64,000 bases of DNA from Alkalispirochaeta sp. (GTDB lineage: Bacteria; Spirochaetota; Spirochaetia; DSM-27196; Alkalispirochaetaceae), in assembly GCA_965601925.1 (NCBI GenBank), contig OZ271854.1, forward strand, positions 4,256,001 to 4,320,000, written 5' to 3'. Numbering within the stretch: the first letter of the stretch is position 1; every line of letters begins with the position of its first letter. This document shows positions 1 to 9,186 of this stretch, one piece after another. A model generated the notes under the pieces. The model ran no database searches and was not told where the DNA came from. It saw nothing but the letters and a program-made list of their open reading frames with translations. A program made the position numbers and the translations under genes.

Positions 1-41
1 TACCGTACAGGGGACTCGCACCGACGGCTCGGCCATTTCGC

Positions 42-83
42 TTGACGCAATGGTAACGCTGCGTTAGCCTGAGGTAGTTCTCA
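42..83 (+). promoter_or_regulatory. Putative sigma70 promoter (TTGACG-N17-TAGCCT) of TetR gene with adjacent TGAG-N6-CTCA operator
   Basis: TTGACG 42-47, TAGCCT 65-70, palindrome TGAGGTAGTTCTCA 70-83. Confidence 0.55.
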
Positions 84-97
84 TATTATAAAATCTT

Positions 98-814
98 ATG
101 GACCAGCATCCGGATAAGCGACAGAATACCGATACGAGCGTGCAATACGCTCATAACCCCACCGAACGAAAAACGGGAAACAGGCGTAAACCGACCGGCG
201 AACGGGGAAAACGGAAGCGAGACTTAATCCTCGACACCGCTCTCGATCTTCTCCTATCGGCCGGTCTGGAGGCGATCAACACCAACGCATTGGCGGCACG
301 CGCCGGCATCGCGGTAGGCTCCATCTATCAATACTTTGCCAACAAAGAGGAAGTGTTAGCCGCATTGGCGGAACGATACTTCAGAGAAATGGGGAGCAAC
401 ATCATGGCGGCCCTGCAACGCGACATATCGGGTCTCACGATCGAAGAGGTCGTCGATCAAGTCGTCGATCCGATGGTCGCGTTTGAACGCAAACATCCCG
501 CCTTCGGACAGCTGTTCGCCGGTTCGGAGTTGAGCAGCATGCTCACCGAAGGCGTTATCTCTATCGATCGAGACATTCTCGCCGCCATGCGCAACGCGCT
601 GCTCACGTTCAATCCGCAGATGGATGCTACGATCGTCCGGAGGGCGGCGCAAATGATGAAGGCGTTGTACAAGGGAATAAGCTATCTGATTCAAAACGAG
701 CACAACGCCGCCCAGCCGGAAGCGCGCGAAGACTCAGATGCGATCATCGCGGACATGAAACGCTTTATGGTATCTTATATGAACGAATGCCTCGAGGACT
801 CTCCTTCGTCATAG
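98..814 (+). CDS. TetR/AcrR family transcriptional regulator
   Basis: N-terminal HTH ILDTALDLLLSAGLEAINTNALAARAGIAVGSIYQYFANKEE; paralogue of 3842..4513. Confidence 0.92.
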   Translation: MDQHPDKRQNTDTSVQYAHNPTERKTGNRRKPTGERGKRKRDLILDTALDLLLSAGLEAINTNALAARAGIAVGSIYQYFANKEEVLAALAERYFREMGSNIMAALQRDISGLTIEEVVDQVVDPMVAFERKHPAFGQLFAGSELSSMLTEGVISIDRDILAAMRNALLTFNPQMDATIVRRAAQMMKALYKGISYLIQNEHNAAQPEAREDSDAIIADMKRFMVSYMNECLEDSPSS

Positions 815-984
815 TCTTTGCTCCAGCCGTCTTCAAGCGGAACACCGACGCTCCCATGGGGAGCTGGGAGCTGCTCACTCGGCCGGTCTCTGTAGCGCCG
901 GCGCCTATCCACATGAACCGGTCGTATGTATCGGTACGCTCGCGCACCTTTACCGCCTACGGACGTTGTTTCGCGGTAGGACGC

Positions 985-2532
985 TCAAAAGAACAACTGA
1001 ATGTAATCCGATTCTAACGCGTTCTCCGAACCACCCGGATCGGTAAATGATATGTCGACGAATATGTAGGTAACCGGTCCGCCGACGTCTATCGTCACGC
1101 TATTGCCGCCCTCTCCATTCAGCTCCCCAAAAACGAGACCACCGACTTCGCTCTCAACCATGAAGAGACCGCTCACCTCGACGTAATTCGGCGGCGCGTC
1201 CCAACTCACCAGGAAGGTCCCGTCCGGCTGCTCCGCAACCTGCAGGTTCGGCTCGGGAATCTGCCGTAGTTCCAGGGACCTGGTCCATGTGTTGTGCTTT
1301 CCATTTTGGAAGTAATGAACCTCAAATTGGTAGATACCGTTTTCGGTAACCTCGTATGAGTCGCCGGGATAGACGCCTCCCTCGCTGTCGTACTCGGTAA
1401 CGGCGCCCGATGGATCGCTCGCGTCCTCCCAATAGGTAACTCTGACCAGACGCCGACTTCCGGGCACAAAGTTGTCCCAACTCACGTCGATATTCTTGTA
1501 GAACTGTCGTGCATGACCGCGAGAGGTAAACGCGTCTCCCTGCGAAGAGAAGTCGATGGTCGGAGTTGGCGGCTTGATGCCGAACGCGACCGAACTTGCG
1601 TTGGTTTGATCGCCCCGGGTATAGGTCACCGTCAACGCGTAGTCGCCGGCGATCTCCAGTTTGGTACCCGGAGAGAATCCCACTACCGGCTCTCCTTCGC
1701 GCGTTAGTGCCGCCGTGGTGACAATGTCCGTCGACGGCGGCGGTACGATCCACGACGGGAAACGCGGCGGCGAGTAATCGTATGGGACGCTCTGAACTCC
1801 GGTAATCACCGGCGCCGGAACGCCGTCCGATATTGAGATCGTAAAGGGGTAAAACGCCGTCGTCGTGCCGCCGTTCCGACGGTAGGTAATGAGCGCCAAA
1901 TAGCTTCCGTTCCGTGAGACGATCGTGCCGGGTGCGTAGAACGTTCCGTTGTCATACGCCCACTCCTCGTCCGACAGCGCACGCTTGAGGACCGCAGTCG
2001 CGACGGCGTCCGGCTCGTCCGGGACGGTTAGGCTCCATGTAAACGAGATCGGTTCGCCGTACACGCCGTTGCGCTCGATCCCCGTCACGACAAGGGGGCT
2101 CGCGGACTGGCCCGCGGGAGAGAGGATCTTGAACTGGTACATCTTCTCTTCGATCGTTCCGTCACGGTCCAGTTCGAGCGTGACCTGGTACTCGGCGCTC
2201 TGTTCGTCCGGTTTCAGATCGATCTGATACCCGTACGATACTTCGAAAAACGCTTCGCCCGCCGCAACGTCGCGCACGAACGCGCGAACCGACGTCGATT
2301 CGTCCTCGGTCCATACGAGCGTCACGCCGGAGTAGTACTCCCCGCCGCTCTCGATACCGTCCAGCTCACCGGCCGCTCCCGGTTCGGGCTCGCCGTCGAC
2401 GGGCGGCTCGTCTTCCGGGATAGTTGTCCCCGATGAGCCGTCATCCAGGAGATTCATACACCCGTGCAAAAAAAAGAGAACGCAGACGATGTATGCGACG
2501 AAACGAACCGTTTTCACTATGAGCCCCCGCAC
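985..2532 (-). CDS. Putative surface lipoprotein with about 4 tandem Ig-like beta-sandwich repeats
   Basis: Signal peptide ending FFLHG-C; acidic Pro-rich linker; repeated units PxITGV...W...PG...G.Y.L.(V/I)TY.R.G....F.I; AGGA RBS before GTG. Confidence 0.7.
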   Translation of the reverse strand: MRGLIVKTVRFVAYIVCVLFFLHGCMNLLDDGSSGTTIPEDEPPVDGEPEPGAAGELDGIESGGEYYSGVTLVWTEDESTSVRAFVRDVAAGEAFFEVSYGYQIDLKPDEQSAEYQVTLELDRDGTIEEKMYQFKILSPAGQSASPLVVTGIERNGVYGEPISFTWSLTVPDEPDAVATAVLKRALSDEEWAYDNGTFYAPGTIVSRNGSYLALITYRRNGGTTTAFYPFTISISDGVPAPVITGVQSVPYDYSPPRFPSWIVPPPSTDIVTTAALTREGEPVVGFSPGTKLEIAGDYALTVTYTRGDQTNASSVAFGIKPPTPTIDFSSQGDAFTSRGHARQFYKNIDVSWDNFVPGSRRLVRVTYWEDASDPSGAVTEYDSEGGVYPGDSYEVTENGIYQFEVHYFQNGKHNTWTRSLELRQIPEPNLQVAEQPDGTFLVSWDAPPNYVEVSGLFMVESEVGGLVFGELNGEGGNSVTIDVGGPVTYIFVDISFTDPGGSENALESDYIQLFF

Positions 2533-2756
2533 CGTTTATTCCTGAGTGAAACATACATCAATATGAGGATTTCTCAAGCAAATACGAGTTTTTTTCACAA
2601 AAGGCTGTGCGGGTTAACGGACGACCCGGCCCCGCACGGTCGCGTTGAGACCGCGCCCGCCGCATACAAAGCCGCGTGGGCCGGCACCTGCGTAGTCGCC
2701 GCTGCCGTGCTCCGATACCGTTGCGTCACACCCCGCCGGTACGGACGCTCCGCCGC

Positions 2757-3764
2757 TTAGGCGATGTATCCGCGATCGCGGTACCAGGCCACCGTGTCAC
2801 TGAGCGTTTCACTCAGTGGACGAAAAGTCGCATCGAGTTCCCGCTCGGCCTTTTTGGAGCTGAGCACCGCCTTCTCCATGAGTGTTTTTATTCCGTCGAC
2901 GGGCATCCGGCTTGTGCCGCCGGTCATGCCGGCCCATGCATCGGAAAGATGCGCGACCGCCATCGCCAACCATCCGGGAAGGCGCATCCCCGGTACCGCT
3001 GCGCCCGTTATCTCCGCAACACCCTTCGCGATATCTTCCATCGTCGCCGGCGGTCCCGTGACGATATAGCGCTCCCCCCGCTTTCCCCGCTCGGCGGCGG
3101 TTGCGGTCGCCGAGGCGACGTCACGAGCGTCGGCGAGAGATGCACCACCGTCGATAAGACCGGGTAATCTCCCCGCGATGAGATCGAGGATCAGCTGCCC
3201 GGCCGACGTAGGTGCCGCGTCGCCGGGACCCATCATCCAGCCCGGGAGAATCATCACCACGTCCATACGACTCGACGCCAGGAAGTCGTAGATCTCCCGT
3301 TCGGCCATCACTTTAGTCTTGAAGTAGAGGTTCTTCTCCGCAAATGAGCTGTAGGGGGACGACTCATCGACGGCTTCACCGGGCACGGTCTGTATTACCC
3401 CACTGGACGAGGTAAAGACCGTCCGCGCGACCCCGCGTGCATCGGCCTCGCGCAATAATTGCATGGTCGCGTCGACATTGATCCGTTTCATCCTCTCCCA
3501 GTGGTCGCCCGGTTGATAATACTCTCTGAAAAAAGCCGCCGTATGAAAGACCGCGTCGACGCCGTCGAGTGTGGAGGCAAAGGACTCGACGCGCTCCATA
3601 TCGCCTTCGACAAACTCGATACCGTCGACGTCCAGGAAACGACGCGCCTTCTCGAGGGAGCGTACCAACCCTTTGACGCGCCACCCGCGCCCCGCCAACT
3701 CACGACAGATATTCCCCCCTAGAAGTCCCGTCGCACCGGTTACCAACGCCGTCTTCTCGCTCAT
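2757..3764 (-). CDS. Extended SDR / NAD-dependent epimerase-dehydratase (dihydroflavonol reductase-like)
   Basis: TGATGLLG Rossmann motif, YFKTK catalytic YxxxK; GAGGAG RBS before ATG at 3764. Confidence 0.9.
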   Translation of the reverse strand: MSEKTALVTGATGLLGGNICRELAGRGWRVKGLVRSLEKARRFLDVDGIEFVEGDMERVESFASTLDGVDAVFHTAAFFREYYQPGDHWERMKRINVDATMQLLREADARGVARTVFTSSSGVIQTVPGEAVDESSPYSSFAEKNLYFKTKVMAEREIYDFLASSRMDVVMILPGWMMGPGDAAPTSAGQLILDLIAGRLPGLIDGGASLADARDVASATATAAERGKRGERYIVTGPPATMEDIAKGVAEITGAAVPGMRLPGWLAMAVAHLSDAWAGMTGGTSRMPVDGIKTLMEKAVLSSKKAERELDATFRPLSETLSDTVAWYRDRGYIA

Positions 3765-3808
3765 ATACACACTCCTCGGCGCTTGATGGGCGCCGTTCGT
3801 TATAGTAT

Positions 3809-3856
3809 TGTGAGTAACAACTCACATCCAAGCGAGAATATATGAGTAAAAGCTCA
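3809..3856. promoter_or_regulatory. Two TetR-type operators in divergent SDR/TetR intergenic region
   Basis: TGTGAG-TAACAA-CTCACA 3809-3826 and TGAG-TAAAAG-CTCA 3843-3856, the latter over the TetR start codon. Confidence 0.65.
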
Positions 3857-4513
3857 CATAGTCAAGACGATTCGGGTCGACCGGAGACGCGGCGAGAACC
3901 GGTCGGCTCACGCGGGAGACGGCGTTGGACGCTCATCCTCGACACTGCGGCCGACTTACTGAACGAAGGCGGCCCGGAGGCGATCAATACGAATGCGCTG
4001 GCGGAGCGCGCCGGCATCGCGGTGGGGTCGGTGTATCAGTATTTCTCCAACAAAGAGGCCATTTTGGCCGCTCTCGGAGAACGATATCTCGCAGAGCTTG
4101 GAAGTAACACCGTTACGGCTCTACAGCAAGACCTGTCGGGTCTTCCGGTCTCCGAGATCGTAGATCGCGTTATCGATCCCATGGTGGCGTTCGAGCGTCG
4201 TCATCCGGCCTTCGGACAGCTCATTGCCGGATCGGACCGCGGGGGGACGCTCGCGGGTGGGGCGAGTCGTATCGATCGCGAAATTCTCTCTACGATTCAC
4301 GCCTTACTCACGACCATGAACCCCGTATTGGATGAGCCTTCGGCGCGCCGTGCCGCGAGAGTAACGAAAGCGCTGTACAAGGGGATCAGTTATCTGATTC
4401 AGAGCGGGGATGGAATGGAGGACGGGAGCGATGCTGACACGCTCATTGCGGACATGAAGGAGGTAATGGCCATCTACATCGCCGGACGCCTCGGACTCGA
4501 CAAGGGCGTATAG
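3842..4513 (+). CDS. TetR/AcrR family transcriptional regulator
   Basis: HTH ILDTAADLLNEGGPEAINTNALAERAGIAVGSVYQYFSNKEA; divergent from SDR. Confidence 0.92.
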   Translation: MSKSSHSQDDSGRPETRREPVGSRGRRRWTLILDTAADLLNEGGPEAINTNALAERAGIAVGSVYQYFSNKEAILAALGERYLAELGSNTVTALQQDLSGLPVSEIVDRVIDPMVAFERRHPAFGQLIAGSDRGGTLAGGASRIDREILSTIHALLTTMNPVLDEPSARRAARVTKALYKGISYLIQSGDGMEDGSDADTLIADMKEVMAIYIAGRLGLDKGV

Positions 4514-4603
4514 TTTCCGCTCCGCGCATCGACTCCATGTCCGGCAATCGTTACCCGCCGAGTCGTACGTTTCTCTTTCGCCGTCGCGGGAGACGCGCCG
4601 CAA

Positions 4604-5530
4604 CTACCTCGACGTAGCCGAGCCGGTGCGTACCGTGATTCTTCCCGAGATGAGGTCCTCCGTTACTTGCGCGATCTCCTCTTCGAGCCCCTCGGGTAGG
4701 TCGTTATGTGAGAACGGCGCGAGTCGTATCGCATCGGTGGCCAGACCGAGGTTGACTTCCGTTCCGATCGACTTCCTGCGTTCCAGGATATCGCAGCTGA
4801 TCTCTATGACCGCGCGGTCGATCCGCTTTAACATCGACGTGATGACGTTGCGCGGCGCTAGAAAACTTTGATCGCGGTCGACACCGATCACCTTTTTTCC
4901 GAGATCTTTCGCCGTACGAATAACACCACGCCCGGCGGCTCCCGCGGCGTGGAACAGCACGTCGCATCCTCCGGTGTACATCGCCTCCGCCGTGTTTCGT
5001 CCCGCTTGAAAGCTGATGAAACTCCCGCAGTACTCCACGCGCGCCTCTACTCCCCCCACATACTCAACACCTTGAACAAAGCCGTTGGAGAAACGGTCCA
5101 TGAGATCCCCGCGCACTCCGCCGACAAAGCCGACCGTTCGCGTCCTGCTCGATCTGGCCGCAACTACTCCCGCCAGAAATGAGCCGTGATGCTCGTCAAA
5201 ACGCACCGATACGACGTTGGGAGGAAGGGGATCGAACGACATGTCCACCGTACAAATCAGTATCCTGGGAAAGCGTGGAGCGATGAACTCCACCGCTTCC
5301 TGTGTACCGTAGCCAACCGCCCAAATGAGGTCGAAGCCCGAATGTGCGAGGTATCGAGCGTTCATGAGCGTGTCCTGCTCTTCGTCGGACTCCAGGATCG
5401 TCGTGTGATACCCGAACTCCTCGTTGAGCGCCTTGAGACCACTCCAGGCCGAAAAGAGAAAAGCAGAATCGTCCAGGCGACTTACGCCGGAGATCATGCC
5501 TATCGACGAGCGCGTTTCTATACCGGTCAT
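4604..5530 (-). CDS. BMP (basic membrane protein/PnrA-like) family substrate-binding domain protein, no signal peptide
   Basis: DDSAF..SAWSG, GSFLAGVVAA, VGFVGG, AAGAAGRG, IGVDRDQ, TSMLKRID motifs. Confidence 0.85.
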   Translation of the reverse strand: MTGIETRSSIGMISGVSRLDDSAFLFSAWSGLKALNEEFGYHTTILESDEEQDTLMNARYLAHSGFDLIWAVGYGTQEAVEFIAPRFPRILICTVDMSFDPLPPNVVSVRFDEHHGSFLAGVVAARSSRTRTVGFVGGVRGDLMDRFSNGFVQGVEYVGGVEARVEYCGSFISFQAGRNTAEAMYTGGCDVLFHAAGAAGRGVIRTAKDLGKKVIGVDRDQSFLAPRNVITSMLKRIDRAVIEISCDILERRKSIGTEVNLGLATDAIRLAPFSHNDLPEGLEEEIAQVTEDLISGRITVRTGSATSR

Positions 5531-5636
5531 GCCTTTTTGTCCGACACCTTCGTTAAGTTGGTGTTACGGATCGGTCATTCCTTTGTTAGCGTGTAGTAGG
5601 CCGTTCCGGCCAAACGCGTAGGCGACGGTATGAGGT

Positions 5637-6092
5637 TTACCGCACGATGCGTCCCAGACCGAATCCGCCTAATGCACCGAGGGTCGTACCGATGCCGGTC
5701 GTGATACGACTCCATCGCAGCCGGGACTCAAGGCTCGCCACCTCCGCTTCGTGTTGCATGCTCAAGTCCCTCAACGATCCCGATAGCTGCTCGGATAAGA
5801 TCTCCGATTGTGCGAGCTCCTCCGATAGCCTCTTCGAGGTCTCTTCCTGCTCGCTCAACAGCTGCCTCAATAGCCTGATTTCGTTCTCGTAACTCAGAAG
5901 CGTCTGCAGTTGCTCGTTCGAGAGCATCTCGGCTTCGAGCAAGATCCTCTTCAGCTCGGCGAGCGATGATCTCGTACTGTCCGGCCGCTCTTGCGCGTGG
6001 GCCCCAGACGGCCCACCCAATACCAACACCGAGACCGCAAGCCAGTACCAACGCCGCGACCATCCACCTCGTCTGCATCCTCGCCTCCTCAT
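5637..6092 (-). CDS. Exported coiled-coil protein with C-terminal Gly-rich hydrophobic tail (outer gene of nested pair; spanin-like)
   Basis: ATG at 6092 overlaps amidase TGA (ATGA), AGGAG 7 nt upstream; Arg-rich n-region, WYWLAVSVLVLGG, AHA|QE site, Leu/Glu heptads, ITTGIGTTLGALGGFGLG tail. Confidence 0.65.
   Translation of the reverse strand: MRRRGCRRGGWSRRWYWLAVSVLVLGGPSGAHAQERPDSTRSSLAELKRILLEAEMLSNEQLQTLLSYENEIRLLRQLLSEQEETSKRLSEELAQSEILSEQLSGSLRDLSMQHEAEVASLESRLRWSRITTGIGTTLGALGGFGLGRIVR
5728..6078 (-). CDS. N-terminally anchored coiled-coil protein nested in 5637..6092 in another frame (spanin-like)
   Basis: GAGGAGG RBS 5 nt before ATG; hydrophobic MVAALVLACGLGVGIGWAVW, then Ala/Glu/Arg heptad helix. 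Confidence 0.65.
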   Translation of the reverse strand: MQTRWMVAALVLACGLGVGIGWAVWGPRARAAGQYEIIARRAEEDLARSRDALERATADASELRERNQAIEAAVERAGRDLEEAIGGARTIGDLIRAAIGIVEGLEHATRSGGGEP

Positions 6093-6625
6093 CTGTACGC
6101 TCCTATCTCGCGGACGAACTCGGTCCAGTCCGCACCGTTGTCGACCATCCATAGGGGACACCGTTTGCCGGTGCAATCGTAGTGGCGCAGAATGTGCGAC
6201 TCCGTCGTGATGCCGTGTCGGTGTATGATATCGGCGGTGAGCTCCACCGCCGCGTTCCACGTGGCACGCAAAAAAGCGCCCGACGCGTCGGGGTGACACA
6301 ACTCGATGCCGATCGTGCGCCAATTGGGCTTACCGCCGAGGCGCGTCTCGACCTCGCGTCGCGTTCTGCTCGACGGTCCGGCGTGCCACGCGACCTCATC
6401 CTCGGGAATCATTTGGATGATCTCTCCCTCCAAACCGATTACGTAGTGCGCCGACGCGTAGCGCCCCGGTTCGGTTCTCGGGAGTGCGTCGAAGTAGTCC
6501 CGGATCCGCTGCGCCGTGGCTCCCGGCCATTGCACGTAGTGAATCACCACGCCGGTGACGCGTGGAAGAGGCTGTCCCGGGCGGGTATGCGTATCGACGG
6601 CAATGTGCTTCCTTGCAAGGGTCAA
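6089..6625 (-). CDS. N-acetylmuramoyl-L-alanine amidase, Amidase_2/PGRP family (endolysin-like)
   Basis: VVIHY, SAHYVIG, E..AWHAG, N..TIGIELC, RHYDCTGKRCP Zn-amidase motifs; start uncertain (TTG 6625 preferred; ATG 6718 possible). Confidence 0.88.
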   Translation of the reverse strand: MTLARKHIAVDTHTRPGQPLPRVTGVVIHYVQWPGATAQRIRDYFDALPRTEPGRYASAHYVIGLEGEIIQMIPEDEVAWHAGPSSRTRREVETRLGGKPNWRTIGIELCHPDASGAFLRATWNAAVELTADIIHRHGITTESHILRHYDCTGKRCPLWMVDNGADWTEFVREIGAYR

Positions 6626-6824
6626 ATGTGTGCTCGCTTTCGTTCGTTTAACAATCTTACATATTATAACCCGAACGTCACTTTGGGAAAAACCAACCTC
6701 ACCGATAGAATTTAACATTTCTTCTTCAAGATTATCCTTACCGACTTGACCCGGGCGGCGCATCCCGTCGATACCGGAGCGCTGTCAATCGAGTCGCCCC
6801 TGTGATATGATCCCGCGGCATAGT

Positions 6825-8852
6825 ATGAACGAAACGCGCAATATCGGAATAATGGCCCACATCGATGCGGGCAAGACAACGACGACGGAACGCATCCTCT
6901 ACTACACCGGCAAGTCCCACCGTATCGGCGAGGTCGACGACGGCTCCGCGACCATGGATTGGATGGTTCAGGAGCAAAATCGAGGAATCACCATAACCTC
7001 GGCCGCGACGACGACATTCTGGCACGATCACAAAATCAACATCATCGATACGCCGGGCCACGTCGATTTTACCGCTGAGGTCGAGCGGAGTTTGCGAGTT
7101 CTCGACGGTGCAATTGCGATCTTCTGCGCCGTCGGGGGTGTCGAGCCGCAGTCGGAGACGGTGTGGCGACAGGCCGATGCGTATAACGTACCCCGAATCG
7201 CCTTCGTCAATAAGATGGATCGCATAGGTGCCGACTTTTTCGGCGTGTTGGAAGAGATACGGAGCAAGCTCCACGCCGAGCCGGTCGCGCTTTCGATTCC
7301 GATCGGTCGCGAAAATGAGTTCGAGGGGATCGTCGATCTGCTTGCCGTGCAGGAGATTCACTGGAGCGAGTCGGACAACGGAACGACCTATGAAACGCGG
7401 CCCGTCCGCGCCGAGTTATCGGAGCAAACGTTTCAATGGCGAGAGAAGCTCCTAGACGCGGTCTCCTCCTACTCCGATGAGATCACCGAGCTGGTTTTGG
7501 ACGACAAAGACGTGCCGCCCGAGGCGATCAAACGTGTACTCCGAGAACAAACGCTTGCCGGGACCGTTCTTCCGGTGACCGTCGGTGCGAGTTTGCGTAA
7601 TATCGGCGTTCAACCGTTGCTCGATATGGTGGTGGACTACCTACCGGCGCCCGAGGAGCTACCGGCCGTTCGGGGCATGCATCCCAAAAAAGGCGACCCG
7701 GTGGACGTCGCACGGACGGTAGAGGGCCAGGCGGTCGGTATGGTTTTTAAGATTCAGGCCGACCGCGACGCCGGATCGTACTCGTTTGTGCGGATGTATC
7801 AGGGGACGCTCAAATCGAGCGGCGCCATATTCAACCACAACATGGGTAAGCGCGAGCGCGTCAACCGTATATTGCGGATGCACGCCAACCGTACCGAACA
7901 GATCGACAGAATAGAGGCGGGAGATATCGCCGTCGTCGTCGGGCTCAAATTGGCACAGACCGGCGATACGATCGGGAGCGAAGGCTTACCGGTGATCCTC
8001 GAGCGAATGCACTTTCCCGAGCCGGTGATCTCGGTGGCGATCGAGCCGCAAACCTTGAGCGAGCGCGACCGGCTCCAGGAGGTATTGGCGATCCTCACCC
8101 GGGAGGATCCGACGTTTCTCTGGAAAGAGGATGAAGACACGGGCGAACTGATTATTTCCGGCATGGGAGAGCTTCACCTCGACGTACTCGTCACCCGCAT
8201 CATCGACGACTACAACGTGCGCGCGAAAGTAGGTAACCCGCAGGTCACCTACCGCGAGACGATCACTCAAACGGTGGAGCATCGCGAGGTGTTCAACAAA
8301 ATCATCGGTGGCAAGGAAAACCACGCGGAGATTACCGTGCGTGTATATCCGCGGCAGCGCGGAGAAGGAAACACGTTCACGAGTATCGTTCCGGCAGATC
8401 GTCTGCCGGCGCCCTTTGCCGAAGCGTGCAAACGCGGCATCGAGGCTTCGTTCAACTCCGGAATCCGGCTGGGATACCCGAGCATCGATATCGGCGTGGA
8501 ACTTATCGACGCCTTGTTCGACGAGGTGACGGCGTCGGAGTTCGCCTTCGAGGCCGCCGCATCGTTGGGGTTCGACGCCGCGTGTTCAGCGGCCGGCGCG
8601 ATACTTCTGGAGCCGGTCATGAACGTGACCATCTTCACGCCGAAAGAGTTCATGGGAGAGGTGATAAGCGGTATCACGACGCGCGGCGGTTTGGTACACG
8701 CGGTCGAGAGTCGTCCGAGCGTCGAGCAAATCTCGGCCGAGGCGCCGCTGCGTAAGATGTTCGGGTACAGCACGGCTCTGCGGAGCACCACGCAGGGTCG
8801 CGGAAACTACGCGATGGAGTTTTCGCACTTCGCGCCGAGCGACAAACAGTAG
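6825..8852 (+). CDS. fusA: Elongation factor G paralogue (spirochaete EF-G2 / ribosome-recycling type)
   Basis: [45 protein letters not shown], domain V; not in an str operon. Confidence 0.93.
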   Translation: MNETRNIGIMAHIDAGKTTTTERILYYTGKSHRIGEVDDGSATMDWMVQEQNRGITITSAATTTFWHDHKINIIDTPGHVDFTAEVERSLRVLDGAIAIFCAVGGVEPQSETVWRQADAYNVPRIAFVNKMDRIGADFFGVLEEIRSKLHAEPVALSIPIGRENEFEGIVDLLAVQEIHWSESDNGTTYETRPVRAELSEQTFQWREKLLDAVSSYSDEITELVLDDKDVPPEAIKRVLREQTLAGTVLPVTVGASLRNIGVQPLLDMVVDYLPAPEELPAVRGMHPKKGDPVDVARTVEGQAVGMVFKIQADRDAGSYSFVRMYQGTLKSSGAIFNHNMGKRERVNRILRMHANRTEQIDRIEAGDIAVVVGLKLAQTGDTIGSEGLPVILERMHFPEPVISVAIEPQTLSERDRLQEVLAILTREDPTFLWKEDEDTGELIISGMGELHLDVLVTRIIDDYNVRAKVGNPQVTYRETITQTVEHREVFNKIIGGKENHAEITVRVYPRQRGEGNTFTSIVPADRLPAPFAEACKRGIEASFNSGIRLGYPSIDIGVELIDALFDEVTASEFAFEAAASLGFDAACSAAGAILLEPVMNVTIFTPKEFMGEVISGITTRGGLVHAVESRPSVEQISAEAPLRKMFGYSTALRSTTQGRGNYAMEFSHFAPSDKQ

Positions 8853-8895
8853 CGTTTCGGGCGCGTCTCCCCGGTGTCTTTATCAGGGGAGCGTT

Positions 8896-8985
8896 CGTCG
8901 GTGTCGGTCGCTCAGCAGGCCCTACGGGCCAGAAGTCGCGCCCGCCACCGCCGCCCACACCCCGGCGTACTACTCGCCGGGGTGT
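8896..8985 (+). repeat. Dispersed repeat unit A (homologous to 57438..57558) ending in GC hairpin
   Basis: CGTCGGTGTCGGTCGCTCAGCAGGCCCTACGGGCCAGAAGTCGCGCCCGCCACCGCCGCCC then ACACCCCGGCG-N7-CGCCGGGGTGT. Confidence 0.75.
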
Positions 8986-9097
8986 CGCTTCCCTCCGGTG
9001 GATGGTCGGGGGAGACCGGACTCTGCTTCCAATTCCTCGGTCCGGCACGATATTGTGGAACGTATTGTTCCTTACGTCGGGAAGCCGCGCTCACTTC

Positions 9098-9186
9098 GCG
9101 ACGATCGCTTCTCGGCTCACTTCGGTTGCGTACCGCAGCCCGGTACCGGCGAGGAACGCAACCACCCGATCGCCGGCGATCGTCGC
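9098..9186 (-). repeat. Composite palindrome with REP-like hairpin (reverse copy of 57622..57657)
   Basis: Outer IR GCGACGATCGC 9098-9108 / GCGATCGTCGC 9176-9186; inner IR GGTTGCGT 9124-9131 / ACGCAACC 9156-9163. Confidence 0.7.

Noticed and set aside
5563..5578. Tiny MTDP* ORF with AAGGA upstream and in frame with the BMP gene
   Set aside because: SD has no spacing to the ATG, and read-through would not create a signal peptide
6093..6323. N-terminal extension of the 5637..6323 ORF
   Set aside because: Overlaps the amidase and reads as Arg-rich noise; RBS and ATGA coupling support ATG 6092
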